Positions 1 to 10,695 of a stretch of 64,000 bases of DNA are shown here, in pieces. The translations under genes and the position numbers were made by a program. Under the pieces are notes generated by a model that was given only the letters and a program-made list of their open reading frames with translations, was not told the DNA's origin and made no database searches. Source of the stretch: a bacterium (GTDB lineage: Bacteria; Margulisbacteria; Marinamargulisbacteria; GCA-2716485; JAYNIM01); assembly GCA_038109055.1 (NCBI GenBank), contig JAYNIM010000001.1, positions 199,045 to 263,044 of the forward strand. Direction: 5' to 3'. How positions within the stretch are numbered: the first letter of the stretch is position 1; each line of letters begins with the position of its first letter.

Positions 1-324
1 TATGGTTTTCATGCGCCCACTATGTCTTGGCCGGTTGTTTCTAGTTTGATGATTGAGCCTACAGAAAGTGAAGATAAGGCTGAGTTAGATCGCTTTATTT
101 CTGCGATGAAGCATATATATGATGAGATTGATGATTTTTTACAATGTACGGATAGATCCCAGCACTTTTTGAAATTTGCGCCATTTGTTCGAGATGAATT
201 GATGTCTGAGGATTGGGCGTATTCATTTTCAAGACAGGCTGCATTGCCCTTAAACAATGCTAAGGCGACTGTTAAACGTTTGGATGATTCGTATGGAGAT
301 AAACATTTTTGCGCATGTTCCTAG
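1..324 (+). CDS. gcvP: Glycine dehydrogenase (glycine cleavage P protein), C-terminal part, truncated by window start
   Basis: Frame 1 reads YGFHAPTMSWPV..LMIEPTESEDKAELDRFISAM..RLDDSYGDKHFCACS, the GcvP C-terminal signature. Confidence 0.93.
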   Translation, partial: YGFHAPTMSWPVVSSLMIEPTESEDKAELDRFISAMKHIYDEIDDFLQCTDRSQHFLKFAPFVRDELMSEDWAYSFSRQAALPLNNAKATVKRLDDSYGDKHFCACS

Positions 325-429
325 ATATTTATGAAATAATTCCTTTTTTTTCTCGTTAACATGTTCGTATTGAAAATATTTTTGGTGAAAATGCTAAAAT
401 ATGTGTAGAATATGAACTGAGGAGTTTAC

Positions 430-1512
430 ATGTCAATGAGTTCAAACGGTAATAATCAAAATATTGAAAACTTAGAAAGTTTGGGTAAAAGTTCGAATTT
501 TTTAACACCAGATCAAATTTTAAATTTGGTTGATAATCCTGAATCAGTTATAGAAAATATAGAGAATTTGATTGATCAAGGAGTCGTTATAGGAACTGAC
601 GATGCTGTTTCAAAAGAGAAAGGAAAGTCTCAAAATGTCCTATCTTCTACTGAATTGTCTCATTCTAGAGATATTGATATTGATGATTCAGTTAAAATGT
701 ATTTGCGTGAAATTGGCAGTATTAATCTTTTAAATCAGGATGAAGAGATTAACTTAGCTAAGGATGTTGCTGCAGGTTGTAACATTGCAAAGCAAAAGTT
801 GATTAATGCAAATTTAAGATTGGTTGTTTCTATTGCAAAAAAATATACTGGCCAAGGTTTGTTATTCTTAGATCTTATTCAGGAAGGGAATACTGGTTTA
901 ATTAGAGCGGCTGAAAAATTTGATCATACCAAAGGATTTAAATTTTCTACATATGCCACATGGTGGATTAAACAAGGTATTACGCGGGCAATTGCAGATC
1001 AATCTAGAACAATTCGTGTTCCCGTACATATGGTTGAAACAATTTATAAGGTTAAGAAGGCGTCTCGGATATTGATGCAAGAGTTAGGTCGACGACCTAG
1101 TGAAGAAGAGGTTGCCGAGTATACGTCTTTGCCCTTGGAACATGTATTGTCTATTCGTAAATACTCTCAGATTCCACTTTCTTTAGAAATGCCTATTGGG
1201 GATGAGGATTCTTCTCAATTGGGAGATTTTATTGAAGATAAAAATATAGATACACCTGTTGATATTACCAATAGAAATATATTAAGAGAAGAATTGCTTA
1301 AATCTATGGATTTTTTGACTGAACGAGAACAAATGATTTTAAAGTTGAGGTTTGGTTTTGATGATGGTCGCCCAAGAACCTTGGAAGAGGTTGGGAAAGT
1401 TTATAATGTTACTCGAGAACGTATTCGTCAAATTGAAGAAAAAGCCTTGAAGAAGTTAAAACATCCTAGTCGTATGCAACGATTGGAATTGTTTAGAAAT
1501 GCTTCTTTATAG
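430..1512 (+). CDS. rpoD: RpoD/SigA-type sigma-70 factor (copy 1, with region-1.1-like N-terminus)
   Basis: [65 protein letters not shown] upstream. Confidence 0.9.
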   Translation: MSMSSNGNNQNIENLESLGKSSNFLTPDQILNLVDNPESVIENIENLIDQGVVIGTDDAVSKEKGKSQNVLSSTELSHSRDIDIDDSVKMYLREIGSINLLNQDEEINLAKDVAAGCNIAKQKLINANLRLVVSIAKKYTGQGLLFLDLIQEGNTGLIRAAEKFDHTKGFKFSTYATWWIKQGITRAIADQSRTIRVPVHMVETIYKVKKASRILMQELGRRPSEEEVAEYTSLPLEHVLSIRKYSQIPLSLEMPIGDEDSSQLGDFIEDKNIDTPVDITNRNILREELLKSMDFLTEREQMILKLRFGFDDGRPRTLEEVGKVYNVTRERIRQIEEKALKKLKHPSRMQRLELFRNASL

Positions 1513-1866
1513 ATTTAATTGAATTATTTTTTGAATATTTAAGGGCAGTTTTTCGAGTAAGTTTCTATAGTCTTTTAACTTTTTACTTATGATTATGGTG
1601 AGAGGGGTGTTTGAGTCTGGAGACCATCCTTCTATGTGTTTATTTGTGCCATATCCTTTTTTTTTGGTTCTTATAATCCCAAATGGATAATTTGTTTCTA
1701 AGGATAGTAAGGAGGTTATTGTAATTGCATCAAGTCCTAGTGCTAGGAATCCTCTTTGTTTTGTGTTCTGAATTATTTTTTTAAATTCATTGAGTGATAG
1801 TGTCTGTTTGATGTTGTTTTTATAATTTTTTTTTATCTTTATTGTTTCTGTTTTTCTTTCTAACAC
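1507..1866 (-). CDS. Hypothetical protein, truncated orotate-phosphoribosyltransferase-like
   Basis: [20 protein letters not shown] resembles the PyrE flexible loop, but the PRPP-binding motif is missing. Confidence 0.45.
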   Translation of the reverse strand: MLERKTETIKIKKNYKNNIKQTLSLNEFKKIIQNTKQRGFLALGLDAITITSLLSLETNYPFGIIRTKKKGYGTNKHIEGWSPDSNTPLTIIISKKLKDYRNLLEKLPLNIQKIIQLNL

Positions 1867-1899
1867 TTTTTGTTTTTGATTTTCTCTATATTTGTTTGT

Positions 1900-2544
1900 T
1901 TAACTGTTGCTATTTGTTTTATTTCCTTCTTCTGTTGAGGTATCTTCTTTTTCTGCTCCTTCTACTTTGTCTCCTCGAGCGACTCTTGGGCTAAGGATTC
2001 GTATGATACTTTCGCTATCTGTGTTAAGGATAGTAAAATCAAATTTATTTCTAATATCTCTTACGGTTAAAAATTGATCCAGATCTATGTCTGTAATATC
2101 TATGTTTAATGTCTCGGGTATTTGTTCTGGTAGGCATTTAATTTTTAATGATTGAATTTTTTTAATTAAGATACCGCCTTTCTTTTCACCTTTAGCAGTT
2201 CCTTGTATGAGTATTGGAACGGTTACGTTGATTTTTTTTTCCTTGGAAATTCTTAATAAATCAATGTGTATATATTTGTTTGTAACACTATCTTTCTCAA
2301 TGTTATTAGCGATTACTTCTTCAGTTGACTCTTTTTTTCCTTTAATGATGACCTTTAATAATTTGTTTTGGTCTTTTTTGAAGCGATATAATTTTTGTAT
2401 TATATTTTGTTTTATTTTTATTGGAATTGATTCTTTTTTATTTCCATAGATGATTCCAGGAATGAACTCTTTATTTCGTATTTTTTTAATTTTATTTTTT
2501 TTAAGTTCTTCTCTGTATTCTACTTCTAGATCTGTTAAATTCAT
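1900..2544 (-). CDS. rplY: 50S ribosomal protein L25 / general stress protein Ctc
   Basis: IPGIIYG, HIDL, VTVPI..GTAKGEKKGGIL, CLPEQIPETLNIDIT. Confidence 0.9.
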   Translation of the reverse strand: MNLTDLEVEYREELKKNKIKKIRNKEFIPGIIYGNKKESIPIKIKQNIIQKLYRFKKDQNKLLKVIIKGKKESTEEVIANNIEKDSVTNKYIHIDLLRISKEKKINVTVPILIQGTAKGEKKGGILIKKIQSLKIKCLPEQIPETLNIDITDIDLDQFLTVRDIRNKFDFTILNTDSESIIRILSPRVARGDKVEGAEKEDTSTEEGNKTNSNS

Positions 2545-2573
2545 AATGACACCTCTTGTTTGGGACGAAATTT

Positions 2574-2648
2574 TGGCTCCCCCGGTCGGATTCGAACCAA
2601 CGACCTAGCGGTTAACAGCCGCTTGCTCTGCCGCTGAGCTACAGGGGA
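2574..2648 (-). tRNA. tRNA-Asn(GTT)
   Basis: Reverse complement TCCCCTGTAGCTCAGCGGCAGAGCAAGCGGCTGTTAACCGCT..GTTCGAATCC..GGGAGCCA; cloverleaf, CCA encoded. Confidence 0.96.
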
Positions 2649-2660
2649 CTGACTTTAGTT

Positions 2661-2689
2661 ATTATAATCAAGCTCTTTTGCTTTTACAA
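2661..2689 (-). promoter_or_regulatory. Sigma-70 promoter for tRNA-Asn/rplY
   Basis: Minus strand TTGTAA-17 nt-TATAAT, 12 nt upstream of the tRNA. Confidence 0.65.
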
Positions 2690-2698
2690 TCTTTTTGC

Positions 2699-3049
2699 TT
2701 ATTTGAATTCAATTTTGTAGCTATCTAGTCTTAATTTACTGACACCTTTCGTTGTGAAGCCCAATGTTTTTATTGTTTGAAGGAGTTCTTCTTTTCTATT
2801 TGGTTCTTCTATGTATGTGAGGGTTGTCACCCCTGTTTTTGTATCTATACTGCAGGATTTGAAGCCTTTTTGTTTGCTTAGTTCATTTTTTATTTTGTGT
2901 TCACAACTTTGGCAGTTTATTCCTTTTATAATGAATTTTGTTGAGGCAATTTTTTCTTTAAATGGCCCAATTTTATACACATAAGCACCTAGTGTTATCC
3001 CGAGTATCAATAAGCTTAGTATTGAGAAGATTAATAAATTTTTTTTCAT
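2699..3049 (-). CDS. Membrane-anchored heavy-metal-associated (HMA) domain protein
   Basis: N-terminal hydrophobic segment then IKGINCQSCE (CxxC); AAGGAG RBS favours the ATG at 3049. Confidence 0.75.
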   Translation of the reverse strand: MKKNLLIFSILSLLILGITLGAYVYKIGPFKEKIASTKFIIKGINCQSCEHKIKNELSKQKGFKSCSIDTKTGVTTLTYIEEPNRKEELLQTIKTLGFTTKGVSKLRLDSYKIEFK

Positions 3050-3144
3050 AATATCTCCTTTTTTTTTTATCATGATAGCATTGTTTGTTCATTTATTAAA
3101 ATTTATTTTGTTATATAATATATTATTTTATATAATATATTTTT

Positions 3145-5475
3145 ATGTTTTTTTTATTCCCACTATGCTGTTTTTTCTTTTTTTTGGGTACATGGGTTTC
3201 CTTTTTTTATTTTATTGTTGTTTCTTTGTTGTTGCCACTTTTATTTTCTAAATTTCGTTGTCTCTTTTTTCTTTTTTTCTTATGTTCTTATTTGTTTACA
3301 CAGCATAAATTACGTGATTATCAGTTAGATTTACGTCGTTTTACTCATTTGAATCAAGAATCTGTGGTTCTAGATGTCATATTGGTTGATCAAGATTTTG
3401 GCCAATCTATGGTACGAGCTTTTTTGCCTAGTCATGATGTCTTTGTTTTTCTTAAGTCAGATCATTCTTTACCTCCATATGGGCATTTAATCAGAGTTGA
3501 GGGTGTTTTTTCTTTGCCTATGGTGTCTCGTAATCCAGGTCAATTTGACTTTTCTCGTTATTGTTTAACTCATAATAGTATAGGGATAATTCATGTTTCG
3601 ACTTTTAATATTTTAGATTCCTATTTATTGAATCCTATTAAGCGTTTAGCTTTTTTATTAAAAAAACGACTTTTGTCTCTTCATCATACGTCGTTATCGA
3701 GACCCTATTCTGATTTGTTTATAGGGTTGATTTTTGGTCAACATGGTACTCAGTTGCCTTTTCCGTTGGTTAATCAATATCGCTATGTTGGTTTAATTCA
3801 TTTACTTGTTGTTTCTGGTGCTCAAGTGTCTTTACTTGCTAATTGTTCGTATCGCTTTTTTAGTATGCTAGCTTTCTCACCTTTTATTATATTTTTTATC
3901 CTTTCTTTTTTTCAATTTATTTTTTATTTTGTTTCTGGGGGGGGTGTTTCTATTTTTCGTGCTATTTTTATGACTGAAATTGTTTTCTTTTTCCGTCTTT
4001 TTTATCGTCGGGTTCCACCTATCTATGTTTTGTCTTTTGTTGCGTTGTTTATGGGGCTCTTAAATCCTTTGGTTTATCGTGATATTGGTTTTCAATTGTC
4101 TTTTGTTGCTACGGCTTCTTTGCTTTATGCAGCCCCTTTATTTCAGCGTATTTTGCCATCTTATTTTCCCTCTTTTCTTCGGTATTATTTATCTGTTTCT
4201 CTAACCCCCACCCTTTTTACCTTACCTTTACTTATGTATCATTTTTATATTGTTTCTTGGATTTCATTTTTTGCTAATTTTTTTGTTGTTTTTATTGTTG
4301 AGTTTTTGGTTGTTTATGGTTTTTTTATTAGTTTGGGGGCTCTTTTTTTTCCTTTTATTCTGCTTTTTTTAAATAAACTTCCTTTAGTGATTTTGATTGG
4401 AATTAATTATTTGGTTGATGTATTGAATTCTATTCCTTATGGTCAATTTTCGGTAGGCTCTTGTTCTCTTTTTTTTATTGGATTGATTTATTTGGTTTAT
4501 TTTTATTTTTTTCGTTTTTCTCTTTCATCTTTTCGTTTGGATAACCTCAAATATTATTTTTGTGGATTGAGGAACGTTTTTTCTTCTCATCATTTTCTCT
4601 TTACACCTTTGGCATTGAGTTTGGCTTTTTTGCTTTATTCTTTACCATTTCTTTTTTTTCTTTGTTTTGTGTTTGTTTATTTTCTATTTAATTACCTTCA
4701 ACCTCGAGCTTTCCGTGTTGTCTTTTTTGATGTTGGTCAAGGTGATTCAGCGTTGATTATGACGCCTAATGGTAAAAATATGTTAATTGATGCCGGTGAT
4801 AAAGCCTTTGGGTTTGATGTGGGTCGTTCAGTTTTGTTACCTGCATTGCGCTATTATGGTATAAATCGGCTAGATTTTTTTATTTTATCTCATGCAGATA
4901 GAGATCATTATGCTGGTATTGAGTCTGTATTGCCACGTATTCCGGTGACACATTTTATTGATTATTCACCATCACGCCCGAAACACTTAAGGGCTCTTTT
5001 ACATCGCTATTCTATAACCCCTACGCGTTTTTCAGCTTCTATGTTTAGGGGAGGTGATGCAGATTTAAAGATTGATTTTTTTCCCATGTCTTCTTTTTTT
5101 ACTGACTCGAGAAATCAAGGCTCTTTGCTTCTTCGAGTTTCGTATAAGGATTGCTCGTTCCTCTTTACTGGGGATATAGAAGAAGAGGCTGAACATGTCT
5201 TACTTAATTTGGGGGTTCACTTAGATTCGGATGTCATTAAAGTGCCGCATCATGGGAGTAAGACCTCTAGTTCTCTTCCTTTTTTATTGGCTACTTCAGC
5301 ACCTATTGCGGTTGTTTCCTGTGGACGCTTAAATCGTTTTAATCATCCTCACTCGGAGGTGTTACATCGTTATAAATCTATGGAGTCGATCATTTATCGA
5401 ACGGATCATCATGGGGCGATTTTGTTTGAGAGTGATGGTCTTTCTATACGTACACGCTCATGGTTAGAGGATTGA
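3145..5475 (+). CDS. comEC: DNA uptake competence protein ComEC/Rec2
   Basis: RNPGQFD, GLIHLLVVSG, GFQLSF, FFDVGQGDS, SHADRDH, KVPHHGS, YRTDHHGAI. Confidence 0.9.
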   Translation: MFFLFPLCCFFFFLGTWVSFFYFIVVSLLLPLLFSKFRCLFFLFFLCSYLFTQHKLRDYQLDLRRFTHLNQESVVLDVILVDQDFGQSMVRAFLPSHDVFVFLKSDHSLPPYGHLIRVEGVFSLPMVSRNPGQFDFSRYCLTHNSIGIIHVSTFNILDSYLLNPIKRLAFLLKKRLLSLHHTSLSRPYSDLFIGLIFGQHGTQLPFPLVNQYRYVGLIHLLVVSGAQVSLLANCSYRFFSMLAFSPFIIFFILSFFQFIFYFVSGGGVSIFRAIFMTEIVFFFRLFYRRVPPIYVLSFVALFMGLLNPLVYRDIGFQLSFVATASLLYAAPLFQRILPSYFPSFLRYYLSVSLTPTLFTLPLLMYHFYIVSWISFFANFFVVFIVEFLVVYGFFISLGALFFPFILLFLNKLPLVILIGINYLVDVLNSIPYGQFSVGSCSLFFIGLIYLVYFYFFRFSLSSFRLDNLKYYFCGLRNVFSSHHFLFTPLALSLAFLLYSLPFLFFLCFVFVYFLFNYLQPRAFRVVFFDVGQGDSALIMTPNGKNMLIDAGDKAFGFDVGRSVLLPALRYYGINRLDFFILSHADRDHYAGIESVLPRIPVTHFIDYSPSRPKHLRALLHRYSITPTRFSASMFRGGDADLKIDFFPMSSFFTDSRNQGSLLLRVSYKDCSFLFTGDIEEEAEHVLLNLGVHLDSDVIKVPHHGSKTSSSLPFLLATSAPIAVVSCGRLNRFNHPHSEVLHRYKSMESIIYRTDHHGAILFESDGLSIRTRSWLED

Positions 5476-5560
5476 GTGTATGTTAATTTTGCCTTTTAGC
5501 TTTTTACTTTTATTACTTTTTTTATTTGGAGCAATTTTAAAAACCTTGTACAATCTCTTT

Positions 5561-5797
5561 ATGAAAAAAAAGTGTTTTCAGCCCAAATCTATGTCTCTTA
5601 ATTTAGATGTTGGGACGTATTACTTTTGTACCTGTGGTCATTCTAAGGATCAGCCTTTTTGTGATTCTACACATACCTCTGATTTTAAACCTAAACGTTT
5701 CTATATTTCTGAGGCGTCTAACTATTCCCTATGCTTGTGTAAAGATAGTCTAAATATGCCTTTTTGTGATGGCTCTCACAGGAGGCTTGCTTCTTAA
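5561..5797 (+). CDS. CDGSH iron-sulfur protein with two CDGSH motifs
   Basis: CTCGHSKDQPFCDSTH and CLCKDSLNMPFCDGSH; start could be 5480. Confidence 0.85.
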   Translation: MKKKCFQPKSMSLNLDVGTYYFCTCGHSKDQPFCDSTHTSDFKPKRFYISEASNYSLCLCKDSLNMPFCDGSHRRLAS

Positions 5798-6069
5798 TGG
5801 ATAACGTTTTGCTTTTTTTTGATGATCCTTATGGGTATTTGTTTTTTATTCTTATCATTGCTGCTGCTTTTTTATTCTTCTTTAATCGCGTGTCTAAAAT
5901 ACTTTATTTAATGATTATGTTGGTCTTTATGTATTTGTTATATATGTATTTTAATGGTCAACCAGCACCTGAATTACCTCAGTTTTTAGATAAAATGGTC
6001 CAGGAAAAATTGACGAGTTTTAAGAATTGGTCTAAAGGCTTATTGTGGGATAAACGTACTGGGGTTTAG
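5797..6069 (+). CDS. Small membrane protein of unknown function
   Basis: Two hydrophobic segments; start overlaps the upstream stop. Confidence 0.55.
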   Translation: MDNVLLFFDDPYGYLFFILIIAAAFLFFFNRVSKILYLMIMLVFMYLLYMYFNGQPAPELPQFLDKMVQEKLTSFKNWSKGLLWDKRTGV

Positions 6070-6123
6070 ACCCTTTTTCTATGACCTTTGAATTGCTGCG
6101 TCTTCTTATGATCTGTTATACTT

Positions 6124-6936
6124 TTGTCTATGTACTATAGAAATTATAACAATGGGGGCAATTTTTTTTGGTTGGGGATTGTACTCTTTCTTTTTTTCGG
6201 AGGATTTCGAACACTTTTTTTATTTATTCCTTTAATTTTTTCTTTCCTTCCTATCATTGTTACTGCTTTTGTTGTCTATCAAATTTCTAAGGGTATTGGT
6301 AAAAATTTTCGTTTAGGTAAGCATGTTAATCTTGGCAGTAAATCCCGGTCTCGTTTTATGGAGCTTTTGGTACATATTTTGATTAAAGCTGTACAGGCGG
6401 ATGGCAAGGTAGATCAGCGTGAGTTACACGTTATTCGTCAATTTTTTAAGCTTAATTTGCGTTTAAGCTCTATGGATATGACCTGGGTAAATGATTTAAT
6501 TCAACATTCTTTAAAGAGCTCTTTTTCTTTAAATGAACTCTGTGCTGAATTTCAACAGTTTGATTCTCAGGCACGTTTGATATTATTGGAGTTGGTGTAT
6601 CAAGTGATGGCTGCCGATCAGGTCATAAGTCGTTCCGAAATGACTTTTATTGATCAACTTGTTTCTTTATTGCAGATTTCTTCGCAGGATCATGATCGTG
6701 TTCGTGCTCATTATCAACAGCAAGGTCATTCGACGTCGTCTAATGGACATGATAACTATTATGATGTTTTGGGTGTGTCTAAAACTGCTAGTTCAGAGGA
6801 TATAAAAAAAGCGTATAAAGAAGCCTGTAAAAAATATCATCCAGATAAAGTTCAACATTTAGGTGAGGAATTTAAGAAAGTTGCTGAGGATAAAATTAAG
6901 AAAATTAATGAAGCGTATGCAGTTTTACGCCGTTAA
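6124..6936 (+). CDS. djlA: DjlA-like co-chaperone (TM + TerB-like + C-terminal J domain)
   Basis: [12 protein letters not shown], second AD motif, YDVLGV..IKKAYK..KYHPDK. Confidence 0.75.
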   Translation: MSMYYRNYNNGGNFFWLGIVLFLFFGGFRTLFLFIPLIFSFLPIIVTAFVVYQISKGIGKNFRLGKHVNLGSKSRSRFMELLVHILIKAVQADGKVDQRELHVIRQFFKLNLRLSSMDMTWVNDLIQHSLKSSFSLNELCAEFQQFDSQARLILLELVYQVMAADQVISRSEMTFIDQLVSLLQISSQDHDRVRAHYQQQGHSTSSNGHDNYYDVLGVSKTASSEDIKKAYKEACKKYHPDKVQHLGEEFKKVAEDKIKKINEAYAVLRR

Positions 6937-7019
6937 TGCTGATTTATAGAAGGATATTTTCTTTCAGTTGTTTAAATTTTTTCTTAAATCATTTATCTTA
7001 GTGTCTTAGGAGATAGTAA

Positions 7020-8552
7020 ATGAAAAGAATTAAGATTTTTGATACGACCTTACGAGATGGCGAACAATCACCTGGTTGTTCGATGACATTGAGGGAGAAA
7101 ATTGAAATTGCGCAACAATTGGAGCGATTGGGGGTTGATGTTATTGAGGCTGGGTTTGCGATTAGTTCGCAGGGTGATTATGAGTCTATTGAGGCTATTT
7201 CAAAAAAAATTAAAAAGAGTTGTATCTGTTCTTTGGCCCGTGCTATTCCTAAAGACATCGAGGTTGCTTACAACTCAATTAAGTTAGCTAAACACCAACG
7301 TATCCATACTTTTATTGCTACCTCCCCTATTCATATGGAACATAAGTTGAAGATGTCTGAGCAGCAAGTATTGGATATGGCAGTTTCGGCAGTCACATTG
7401 GCAAAAGGTTTTGTTGAGGACGTTGAATTTTCTTGTGAAGATGCGGGTCGTTCTGACTTTGCTTTTTTAGTGAAGGTTTATGAGGCTGTTATTGAAGCGG
7501 GAGCTACGGTAATTAATGTTCCGGATACGGTGGGCTATCAAAGCCCTGATGAATATGGAGAGTTGATTGCTAATTTAAACAAACAGGTGAAGGGGATTGA
7601 TGCCGTTGATATTTCTGTTCATTGTCATAATGATCTTGGATTTGCGACTGCCAATTCACTTTTTGGGGTCTTGAATGGTGCAACCCAAGTTGAATGTACG
7701 ATTAATGGGATTGGTGAACGAGCAGGTAATACGGCTTTGGAAGAAATTGTTATGGCTCTTACAACTCGAAAAGATCGTTTGCCTTTCTCCCATGGTATTA
7801 ATACCAATGAAATTTTTAAAACATCTCGTTTGGTCTCTACTATTACGGGGTCTGTTGTTCAGCCTAATAAAGCGATTGTTGGTTCGAATGCCTTTTCTCA
7901 TGAGGCAGGTATTCATCAAGATGGCGTTTTAAAGTTTAAGGAAACTTATGAGATTATGAATGCTGAAAGCATAGGTTTGAAAGCGAATACATTGGTTTTA
8001 GGGAAGCATTCAGGTCGACATGCCTTTAAAGAACGACTGACTTTTTTGGGGCATCATTTAGAAAAAAATGATCTTGATAAGGCTTTTGAAAGATTTAAAC
8101 AACTAGCGGATAAGAAAAAACAGATATTAGATGCAGATTTAGAGGTTATTTTAGCCGATGATATTTATCAAGTTCCTGATTTGTATACCCTTAAGTATGT
8201 ACAAGTATCAGCCGGTAATCTGACACGTCCAGTTGCTGTTGTTCAGTTGATTAGGGACGAGAAGGTCCTGGAAGCGTCTATGTTAGGATCGGGTCCTGTT
8301 GATGCTATATATAAAGCGATAGATTCCTTGGTGGGTGAGACCTTTAATTTAAGAGATTTTGCTATTCAATCTGTTAGTGGTGGTACAGATGCCTTGGGGG
8401 TGGTCTCTGTTCAATTGTTTGAAAACCAGCGTATTTTTTCTGGACGAGGTTCGTCTACAGATGTATTGGTTTCTGCGGCTAAGGCTTATGTTATGGCGAT
8501 TAATCATGTGTTACATGCGCGTGGTCAAAAAAAAATATATGCACATCTTTAA
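7020..8552 (+). CDS. leuA: 2-isopropylmalate synthase
   Basis: FDTTLRDGEQSPG, HCHNDLG, GIGERAGN, HEAGIHQDG, LGKHSGRH, regulatory domain GPVDA. Confidence 0.96.
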   Translation: MKRIKIFDTTLRDGEQSPGCSMTLREKIEIAQQLERLGVDVIEAGFAISSQGDYESIEAISKKIKKSCICSLARAIPKDIEVAYNSIKLAKHQRIHTFIATSPIHMEHKLKMSEQQVLDMAVSAVTLAKGFVEDVEFSCEDAGRSDFAFLVKVYEAVIEAGATVINVPDTVGYQSPDEYGELIANLNKQVKGIDAVDISVHCHNDLGFATANSLFGVLNGATQVECTINGIGERAGNTALEEIVMALTTRKDRLPFSHGINTNEIFKTSRLVSTITGSVVQPNKAIVGSNAFSHEAGIHQDGVLKFKETYEIMNAESIGLKANTLVLGKHSGRHAFKERLTFLGHHLEKNDLDKAFERFKQLADKKKQILDADLEVILADDIYQVPDLYTLKYVQVSAGNLTRPVAVVQLIRDEKVLEASMLGSGPVDAIYKAIDSLVGETFNLRDFAIQSVSGGTDALGVVSVQLFENQRIFSGRGSSTDVLVSAAKAYVMAINHVLHARGQKKIYAHL

Positions 8553-8561
8553 GGAGTTTTT

Positions 8562-9665
8562 ATGTATCACATAGCGGTAATTAAAGGGGATGGTACGGGG
8601 CCTGAAGTTGTTAATGAGGCCTTGAAGGTTTTGAACACGGTTGAGAGTAAACATAAAATTGCCTTTCAATTTTATGAGTTAGATTATAATGCACAACGTT
8701 ATTTATCTGAGGGAAAAACCTTAGGTGATGATGAACTTGAAAAATTAAAGAACTATGATGCAGTTTTGTTTGGGGCTATTGGTGACCCGCGGGTTACCTC
8801 TGGTATTTTAGAGCGGGATATTTTACTTAAAATACGTTTTGGTCTGGATCAATATATTAATTTAAGGCCAGTAAGATTGTATCCGGGTGTTGCCTCCCCA
8901 GTTTTGTATAAAGAAGGCTTTCAAGATTTGGATTATGTTGTTATTCGAGAAAATACGGGCGGTGTTTATACTGGTAAAGGGTCTGTCTTAGATAAAGGCA
9001 GTAAAAATGAAACAGTGTCACAAATTATGCATTATACCTATGAACAAGTAGAGCGTTGCTTAAGATATTCCTTTGAGTATGTAAGGCGTAGACATCTTGA
9101 TTCGCCCTGGAAATTTTTGGATCAATCAGACCTTAAGAAAGGATATATAGGCAAGCTTACCTTGTGTGGTAAAAGTAATGTGTTGTCTTATGTATTTGAT
9201 TTGTGGCTACGATTATTTGAAGAGATTGGAAAGGAGTATCCAGATATTAAACGTGACTATGTGCATGTGGATGCCTGCTGTATTTATATGATTGATGCGC
9301 CCCATATGTTTGATGTGTTGGTGACGACTAATATGTTTGGGGATATTATTACGGATTTAGCTGCAGTGACTCAGGGAGGATTAGGGGTTGCTTCGGGGGC
9401 TAATATTAATCCAGACGGAGTTTCTATGTTTGAACCTATTGGTGGAACTGCACCTGATTTTACAGGTAGAAATGAAATTAATCCGATTGCTTCGATTGGT
9501 GCTGCACAGTTGATGTTGGATCATTTGGGTGAGCGTCAGGCTGCCTTGGATATTGATTCGGCTAAATTAAGGGTGATTAAGGGAATGGATTCACAGGAAG
9601 CGGCTAAAATGGGGTGTTCGACTCAAGAGGTTGGAGATAGAGTTGTTGCTGAACTATTAAAATAG
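8562..9665 (+). CDS. leuB: 3-isopropylmalate dehydrogenase (beta-decarboxylating dehydrogenase family)
   Basis: GDGTGPEV, NLRPV, RENTGG, NMFGDIITD, FEPIGGTAPD; follows leuA. Confidence 0.88.
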   Translation: MYHIAVIKGDGTGPEVVNEALKVLNTVESKHKIAFQFYELDYNAQRYLSEGKTLGDDELEKLKNYDAVLFGAIGDPRVTSGILERDILLKIRFGLDQYINLRPVRLYPGVASPVLYKEGFQDLDYVVIRENTGGVYTGKGSVLDKGSKNETVSQIMHYTYEQVERCLRYSFEYVRRRHLDSPWKFLDQSDLKKGYIGKLTLCGKSNVLSYVFDLWLRLFEEIGKEYPDIKRDYVHVDACCIYMIDAPHMFDVLVTTNMFGDIITDLAAVTQGGLGVASGANINPDGVSMFEPIGGTAPDFTGRNEINPIASIGAAQLMLDHLGERQAALDIDSAKLRVIKGMDSQEAAKMGCSTQEVGDRVVAELLK

Positions 9666-10240
9666 TGAGGTCAAAATCTGATCTTAGAGCCCAATTTTTA
9701 GATATTAGAGAACAGCTTGCTCAGGATTTGGTTCATTATAATTCTTTGCGTGTTGTGTCTAGATTAAGGTATTTTTTATCTAAGCTCTCTATCAAGACAG
9801 TTTTGGCATATATGCCCATTAAAAATGAAGTTGACTTATCTTCTTTGTATAAGGAGATATTAATTGATGGTCATTTTAGCCTGGTTTTTCCCGTTGTTCA
9901 TAAGGGGGGACTTTTGTTTAGACAAGTTTCTAATATGTCTGATGACCTTAGTAGGTCTACGTATGGTATTTTTGAACCCAAGGAAGGTTGTGAGTGCGTA
10001 TCCATTAATGAGATTGATTTGGCACTGGTCCCTGGTGTTGTCTTCGATTCTTCTGGGTATCGTTTGGGTTTTGGTGGTGGATATTATGATCGTTTATTAG
10101 CATCAGTTTCTTTCGATACAGTGGGTATTTGTTTTGATTTTCAAATTGTTGATCTTTTGCCCATTGATAGCTGGGATATTTCTATGAGCTATGTGTTGTC
10201 TGAAACACGATATCTTGATCTTAAAAGAGCCGCTGACTGA
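9665..10240 (+). CDS. 5-formyltetrahydrofolate cyclo-ligase
   Basis: YGIFEP, IDLALVPGVVFD..GYRLGFGGGYYDRLL. Confidence 0.92.
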   Translation: MRSKSDLRAQFLDIREQLAQDLVHYNSLRVVSRLRYFLSKLSIKTVLAYMPIKNEVDLSSLYKEILIDGHFSLVFPVVHKGGLLFRQVSNMSDDLSRSTYGIFEPKEGCECVSINEIDLALVPGVVFDSSGYRLGFGGGYYDRLLASVSFDTVGICFDFQIVDLLPIDSWDISMSYVLSETRYLDLKRAAD

Positions 10241-10255
10241 GGCCAACGGCTCTTT
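10224..10255. terminator. Probable bidirectional terminator hairpin between convergent genes
   Basis: AAAGAGCCG...CGGCTCTTT inverted repeat. Confidence 0.55.
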
Positions 10256-10260
10256 ATCAT

Positions 10261-10638
10261 TTAAATCAAAAAACCGTGATAAAGAAATACCAGTCCTACT
10301 ACTAAGACGAGTAATCCGTATACCGGTGCTGGAACATGAAGTTTCATTTTTTTAAATATTGATATCCAAAACTCTGGCATGATGCTTCGCATTATTCCAA
10401 TTAGTAATAGAAAATAACCGACAAGTGTTATTAATAATGTCCATCCGTCATTCCAACTGTTATGTAATGTTACAATTAAGGAACCTAACATTAAGGGTAA
10501 TATGACATTGCTTATTTTAAAAGATTTATTATGTAATAACTCACTAAACATATCTTTGATATGGCTGTGATTCATACATATACCAAGGCCCAATACAGTA
10601 AATAAAATACCTAAGAATTTCGCTAGTATAATAACCAT
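10261..10638 (-). CDS. Four-TM membrane protein of unknown function
   Basis: Hydrophobic ORF with HNSW..W..LITLVGY motif; AGGAGG RBS. Confidence 0.65.
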   Translation of the reverse strand: MVIILAKFLGILFTVLGLGICMNHSHIKDMFSELLHNKSFKISNVILPLMLGSLIVTLHNSWNDGWTLLITLVGYFLLLIGIMRSIMPEFWISIFKKMKLHVPAPVYGLLVLVVGLVFLYHGFLI

Positions 10639-10695
10639 CTTACATACACCTCCTGATTTGTATGTTAGCTTATATATACCCGCTTTTCCTAAATA

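Noticed and set aside
9600..9700. 6S RNA expected upstream of 5-formyl-THF cyclo-ligase
   Set aside because: The gene overlaps the leuB stop, leaving no intergenic space
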